Assembly (NCBI GenBank): GCA_965219685.1 | Contig: CBDCOH010000002.1 | Span: 2,304,001-2,368,000, forward strand | DNA length: 64,000 nucleotides | Source: Candidatus Spongiisociaceae bacterium | Lineage (GTDB): Bacteria > Actinomycetota > Acidimicrobiia > Spongiisociales > Spongiisociaceae | Direction: 5' to 3' | Part shown: positions 60,166 to 64,000 of the stretch, one piece after another | How positions within the stretch are numbered: position 1 is the first letter of the stretch | Layout of the letters: the number at the start of each line of letters is the position of its first letter | Program-made: the position numbers and the translations under genes | Notes under the pieces: generated by a model | The model's database searches: none | The model's input: only the letters and a program-made list of their open reading frames with translations | Told to the model about the DNA's origin: nothing

Positions 60166-61540
60166 CGGCGGAGTCCTCGATGAGAATCCCGACACCCGCC
60201 AGATCCCGGCGGATCGCGTCGGCCCGGGCCCAGTCCCGAGCACTCCGGGCCCGGCTCCGGGCCATGACCAGGCCTTCGACAACGTTCTCGGGGCTCCCGG
60301 CGCCGGTACCGTGCGCGAGCGCCAGATCGGAGAGGGGTCCGGCCAGGTCCTCCAGTCCCGCATCCGTGAGGTCGATTCCCAGCACACCGGCCAACTCGGC
60401 AACCGCGGCGGCCAAGCGGCCGGCATCCCCGCCTCGGTCCAGGCGAGCGTTGCCGTCCCGTACCGTCTCGAAAAGCACCGCCAGCGCCTCGGCCGTGTTG
60501 AAATCGTCGTCCATGGCAGCCGCGAAGCGCTCGATCGTGCGGGTGTCCGCCACCGCGGCCTGCGGTGACCGGCGCGCGAACGCGCGCAGCCTCTCCAGGC
60601 TGGTCGCCGCCTCTTCGAGCAACTCCTCGGAGAACTCCAGTGGGGAGCGATAGGCAGCCCGCAGGTAGAACAACCTGATCACGGGACCCCCGTGACGCTC
60701 GACAGCTTCGGCCAGATCGATGGTGTGACCTGTCGACTTCGACAGCTTCTCCCCACCCAGGTTCACCATGCCGTTGTGCATCCAGTACTTCGCGAAGGGG
60801 AGGCCCGAGGCACCCTCCGACTGGGCGATCTCGTTCTCGTGATGCGGGAAGATCAGGTCCGAGCCCCCTGCGTGGATCTCGAACGACGGCCCGAGGTACT
60901 CGGCGGACATCGCCGAACACTCGATGTGCCAACCGGGCCGGCCGGGACCCCACGGCGACGGCCAAGCCGGTTCTCCGGGCTTGGCGCCTTTCCACAGAGC
61001 GAAGTCCAGCGGATCCTCCTTGTCGACCCCCGGCTCGACCCGCTCCCCACTTCGCAGTTGGTCGATGTTCCTCCCCGAGAGTTTCCCGTACCCGTCGAGG
61101 GCGCGGACCCTGAAGTACACGTCACCCCCGCCCGGATAGGCCAACCCCCGATCCACGAGAAGTCCGATCATCGCGATCATCTCTGGTATGTGTTCGGTGG
61201 CGGCCGGCTCCACATCCGGCTCGAGAACGTTCAGAGCCCGGTAACCGCTCCGGAAACGGCCGGCCATGTCGCGGGCGAGTTCCTCGGGGGCGATCTGCAG
61301 CCGGGCGGCGTTGGCGATGATCTTGTCGTCGACATCGGTGATGTTCTGCACGTAGCGAACATCCCAACCTCGCCAAGCCAGGTAGCGGCGGATCACGTCG
61401 AAGACCACGGCACACCTTCCGTGCCCCAGGTGGGGCGCCGACTGGACGGTGGGACCGCAGACGTACATGCGTACCAAGCCCTCCTCCAAGGGCTCGAAGG
61501 TCTGCGATTCCCGTCCGAGGGTGTTGTAGACCGTTACCAC
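60140..61540 (-). CDS. cysS: Cysteine--tRNA ligase
   Basis: MYVCGPTV..HLGH, PGWHIECSAM, FPHHENE, KLSKS. Confidence 0.97.
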   Translation of the reverse strand: MVTVYNTLGRESQTFEPLEEGLVRMYVCGPTVQSAPHLGHGRCAVVFDVIRRYLAWRGWDVRYVQNITDVDDKIIANAARLQIAPEELARDMAGRFRSGYRALNVLEPDVEPAATEHIPEMIAMIGLLVDRGLAYPGGGDVYFRVRALDGYGKLSGRNIDQLRSGERVEPGVDKEDPLDFALWKGAKPGEPAWPSPWGPGRPGWHIECSAMSAEYLGPSFEIHAGGSDLIFPHHENEIAQSEGASGLPFAKYWMHNGMVNLGGEKLSKSTGHTIDLAEAVERHGGPVIRLFYLRAAYRSPLEFSEELLEEAATSLERLRAFARRSPQAAVADTRTIERFAAAMDDDFNTAEALAVLFETVRDGNARLDRGGDAGRLAAAVAELAGVLGIDLTDAGLEDLAGPLSDLALAHGTGAGSPENVVEGLVMARSRARSARDWARADAIRRDLAGVGILIEDSADGSRWYRR

Positions 61541-61672
61541 GGGCCTGCCCCCGAGGCCTTTGCCGTCCTGGGGCGGGAGCCAAGCGGGCACGAGCGTCCG
61601 AACCGGGCATGGTTCACCCGGCCCGGAACTGCGGATGGTTGAGAGCCTGACACTGGCTGGAAGGGTACCCGC

Positions 61673-62200
61673 TCAGCCCGAAGGACTCGAAGACGGCTCC
61701 GTAGGCGCAGTGCCACCCGCGAGCAGTACCGTTGCCCACGCAGCCACCCCCTCGCCCCGACCAGTGAAGCCCATTCCGTCCGTGGTCGTCGCCTTGACGG
61801 ACACCCTCCCGGGCTCTACGCCCAATACGTCCGCCAAGTCTCTCTGCATCCGATCGCGAAACGGGGCTACCCGTACCGTCTCGGCGATGACGGTGAGATC
61901 GACGTTTCCGACTCGCATTCCGGCCTCGGCAACCATCTCCACCACTCTCGCCAGCAGCGCCATGCTGTCGGCGCCCTTCCACTCGACATCCCGGGACGGG
62001 AAGTGCGTGCCCAGGTCCCCGAGCGCCCCCGCCCCCAGCATGGCATCGGCTACCGCGTGGGCGGCCACATCGCCGTCGGATGTGCCGATCAGTCCCTGCG
62101 TCCCGTCCACCTCCACCCCGGCGAGCCTGAGGGGGGGTGGACCGCCGAGCCGGTGGGCGTCGAAGCCCAGACCGACCCGAAAGGCGTCAGGCCCCATCAC
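61673..62200 (-). CDS. ispF: 2-C-methyl-D-erythritol 2,4-cyclodiphosphate synthase
   Basis: RVGLGFDAH, SDGDVAAHA, VSVKATTTDGMGFTGRGEG. Confidence 0.95.
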   Translation of the reverse strand: MMGPDAFRVGLGFDAHRLGGPPPLRLAGVEVDGTQGLIGTSDGDVAAHAVADAMLGAGALGDLGTHFPSRDVEWKGADSMALLARVVEMVAEAGMRVGNVDLTVIAETVRVAPFRDRMQRDLADVLGVEPGRVSVKATTTDGMGFTGRGEGVAAWATVLLAGGTAPTEPSSSPSG

Positions 62201-62862
62201 CGGCCCCGGCCCGCGCGCCGCCGCAGCAAGGCCCCGGCTACCACCAGGTCCTCGGGATAGGTGATCTTCATCGCCGCTCGATCCCCGGCGACGCTCACCA
62301 CCCGCCCTCCTACCGCCTCCACCATGGCCGCGTCATCCGGCGCCGAACCGACCGAGTCGGCCGTCACCGGCGCTGCATGGGCGCGACGTAGCACGGGGGC
62401 ACGAAAGACCTGGGGAGTCTGGGCCCCGAGCACCTCCCCGCGGCTCATGGTCGCCAAGACCCGGCCGTCGCCGGAGCGGACCCGCTTGATCGAATCGGGA
62501 ATCGGCACGACGGGAATGACACCGTCCCACGGACCCTCACGCAACGCCTCATACATGCGAACCATCATCGCGGCCGGGGCGAGGGGCCGGGCAGCATCGT
62601 GGACCGCAATGACCGTGGCCTCCTCACCCACCGCAGCCAATCCCCTAGCGACCGACACGTGCCGCTCCGGTCCGCCCGCCACCCCGCCGGGCACACGACC
62701 CACCACCACCACCCGGTGAACTCCGCTCTCGAGGAGCGCGTCACGCGCCCACTCCCACAGGGCCCGTCCGTCCAGACGGGCCTCGTGCTTGGGTCCTCCG
62801 AAACGGGAGCCGCTTCCGGCGGCCACCACGACTCCCCAGATCTGCTCTCGGCCGGTCACCAC
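62197..62862 (-). CDS. ispD: 2-C-methyl-D-erythritol 4-phosphate cytidylyltransferase
   Basis: AAGSGSRFG, VHDAARP, QTPQVF, KITYPEDL. Confidence 0.95.
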   Translation of the reverse strand: MVTGREQIWGVVVAAGSGSRFGGPKHEARLDGRALWEWARDALLESGVHRVVVVGRVPGGVAGGPERHVSVARGLAAVGEEATVIAVHDAARPLAPAAMMVRMYEALREGPWDGVIPVVPIPDSIKRVRSGDGRVLATMSRGEVLGAQTPQVFRAPVLRRAHAAPVTADSVGSAPDDAAMVEAVGGRVVSVAGDRAAMKITYPEDLVVAGALLRRRAGRGR

Positions 62863-62865
62863 CGC

Positions 62866-62961
62866 TGCCAGGCGCCAGGTGTCGGATGCCAGGTGTCGGG
62901 TATCGGGTGTCGGGACTCGGGAGGTGGCGGACTCCGGTCACCCTCCAGCGATCGCACCGGC
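62866..62961. repeat. Degenerate G/T heptamer array (GGTGTCG/GGTATCG...) plus GATCGCACCGGC core
   Basis: Lies between the carD stop and the ispD start. Confidence 0.7.
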
Positions 62962-63752
62962 TAGGCCTCGGAGGGCTCCGGAACGGGCAGGGCCCGTTCG
63001 ATCCTCTCTTCCGCTTCCTCGGGGGTGATGTTGAACGCGAATGCCAGTTCGCTCCGCAGCGTGACCTTGGCTCTCGAGAGCATCCGTTTGAGCGCCGGTG
63101 AGATCCCTTTGGTGTTCTGCGCGTGCGTCAGATCGCGCACGACCTCGGCCACCTGGTTGATATCGCCGGACGTCATCTTCTCGTTCAGCACCTTGTACCA
63201 GCGACTCCAGTTCTTGCCCGATGCCTGGGGCTCTTCCTTGAAGATGCGAAGAACCCGGCCGGCCGCGGTCTTGGAAATCACCGGTCGGATGTTCTCATCG
63301 ATCGTGTCGACAGGCACGAACACGGTCAGCTGCTCGGTTGCTATCTGTAACTCGAAGTAGCTGCGACGGACCCCGGCGACCTCCTGCTCGATCTTGCGGG
63401 TTATGACCGCCGCCCCATGATGAGGATGGACGACCTTATCGTTCACCTTGAACGAGGTCGCCCTCCGTGTGCGGGCGGAGGACCGAGACTTCGCGGATCG
63501 CTTGCGAGGGATCTTTCGTTTGGCGGCGGTCCGCTTGGCCGGGACCCGTTTGGGAGGCGCCTTCTTTGCCGGCCTTCTCTTGGGAGGAGCGGCCTTCGCA
63601 GCCCTCGCCTTGGACGCCGAGGCCTTCGACTTGGACGGAGTGGCTTTCGGACTGCTCGGCGCTACCGGCTCCTTCGCCGCCGAGGATCCTGACGGGTCTG
63701 GAGACGGAGCCGAATCCTGAGTAGCGGGGGCAGCATCGGTCTCGGGCATCAC
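62961..63752 (-). CDS. carD: CarD-family transcriptional regulator with Lys/Ala/Pro-rich N-terminal extension
   Basis: FKVNDKVVHPHHGA, NWSRWYK...SGDINQVAEVVRDL; carD-ispD-ispF-cysS synteny. Confidence 0.9.
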   Translation of the reverse strand: MMPETDAAPATQDSAPSPDPSGSSAAKEPVAPSSPKATPSKSKASASKARAAKAAPPKRRPAKKAPPKRVPAKRTAAKRKIPRKRSAKSRSSARTRRATSFKVNDKVVHPHHGAAVITRKIEQEVAGVRRSYFELQIATEQLTVFVPVDTIDENIRPVISKTAAGRVLRIFKEEPQASGKNWSRWYKVLNEKMTSGDINQVAEVVRDLTHAQNTKGISPALKRMLSRAKVTLRSELAFAFNITPEEAEERIERALPVPEPSEA

Positions 63753-63798
63753 CAAGTGAGTTTACCCGGCCCGCAATCGAAAGTAACTTCGAGTCGTG

Positions 63799-64000
63799 TC
63801 AGGAGGCGGAGTCCCGGTACGTACGCCGGACTTGATCGAGATAGCGGCGGAGCGCAAGTGTCAGCGTCTCGCTCACCCCGTCGACCGTGCCCAGATCGGC
63901 CGCGGAGGCCATCATGATCTTTCCGAGATCGCCGAAGTGCTCCACCAACGCATCCCGGACGGACTTGGGGAGACCGGACATCCCGGCGAGCAGGCGATGA
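63799..64000 (-). CDS. disA: DNA integrity scanning protein DisA, C-terminal part (runs off the window)
   Basis: HRLLAGMSGLP...LVEHFGDL..IMMAS..DLGTVDGV HhH region; synteny with carD. Confidence 0.75.
   Translation of the reverse strand, partial: HRLLAGMSGLPKSVRDALVEHFGDLGKIMMASAADLGTVDGVSETLTLALRRYLDQVRRTYRDSAS

Noticed and set aside
5624-62961. Heptamer arrays as CRISPR arrays
   Set aside because: Units are 7 nt with no unique spacers between repeats, and no cas genes are present.

Overview
High-GC actinobacterial chromosome segment, most consistent with an Acidimicrobiia lineage. This rests on WhiB, the Bpa proteasome activator, GuaB3, actinobacterial transaldolase and many leaderless genes; the taxonomy is inference. 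Most of the window is core metabolism: tatA, whiB, sdhCAB, HU, mdh, icd, folD, purH, sucDC, tal, pcrA, guaA/guaB3, trpS, cimA with an Ile-leader attenuator, hisN, infA, bpa, tRNA-Arg(CCT), tRNA-Thr(TGT), a liv-type ABC locus and rlmB-cysS-ispF-ispD-carD-disA. Accessory DNA comprises a decayed vapBC remnant, an IS630-derived miniature element, a 1.46-kb islet bracketed by two diverged copies of the guaA 3' end, and a ~7.3-kb island after tRNA-Arg (AbiE TA pair between 100-bp direct repeats, gene remnants and a nest of IS1380 and IS1031-type IS5 elements). The most striking unexplained structure is a dispersed family of at least 12 intergenic elements built as a G/T-rich 7-mer array, a short core, then a C/A-rich 7-mer array. 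They usually start at, or supply, the upstream gene's stop codon and share core motifs (AACGTTA, GATCGCACCGGC). The same G/T-to-C/A polarity is seen across the IS elements. Also notable: a ~160-nt highly structured leader upstream of a stand-alone infA, a CarD with a histone-H1-like N-terminal extension, and an exact 1.16-kb internal duplication in a solute-binding protein gene. All identifications were made by eye, without database searches.
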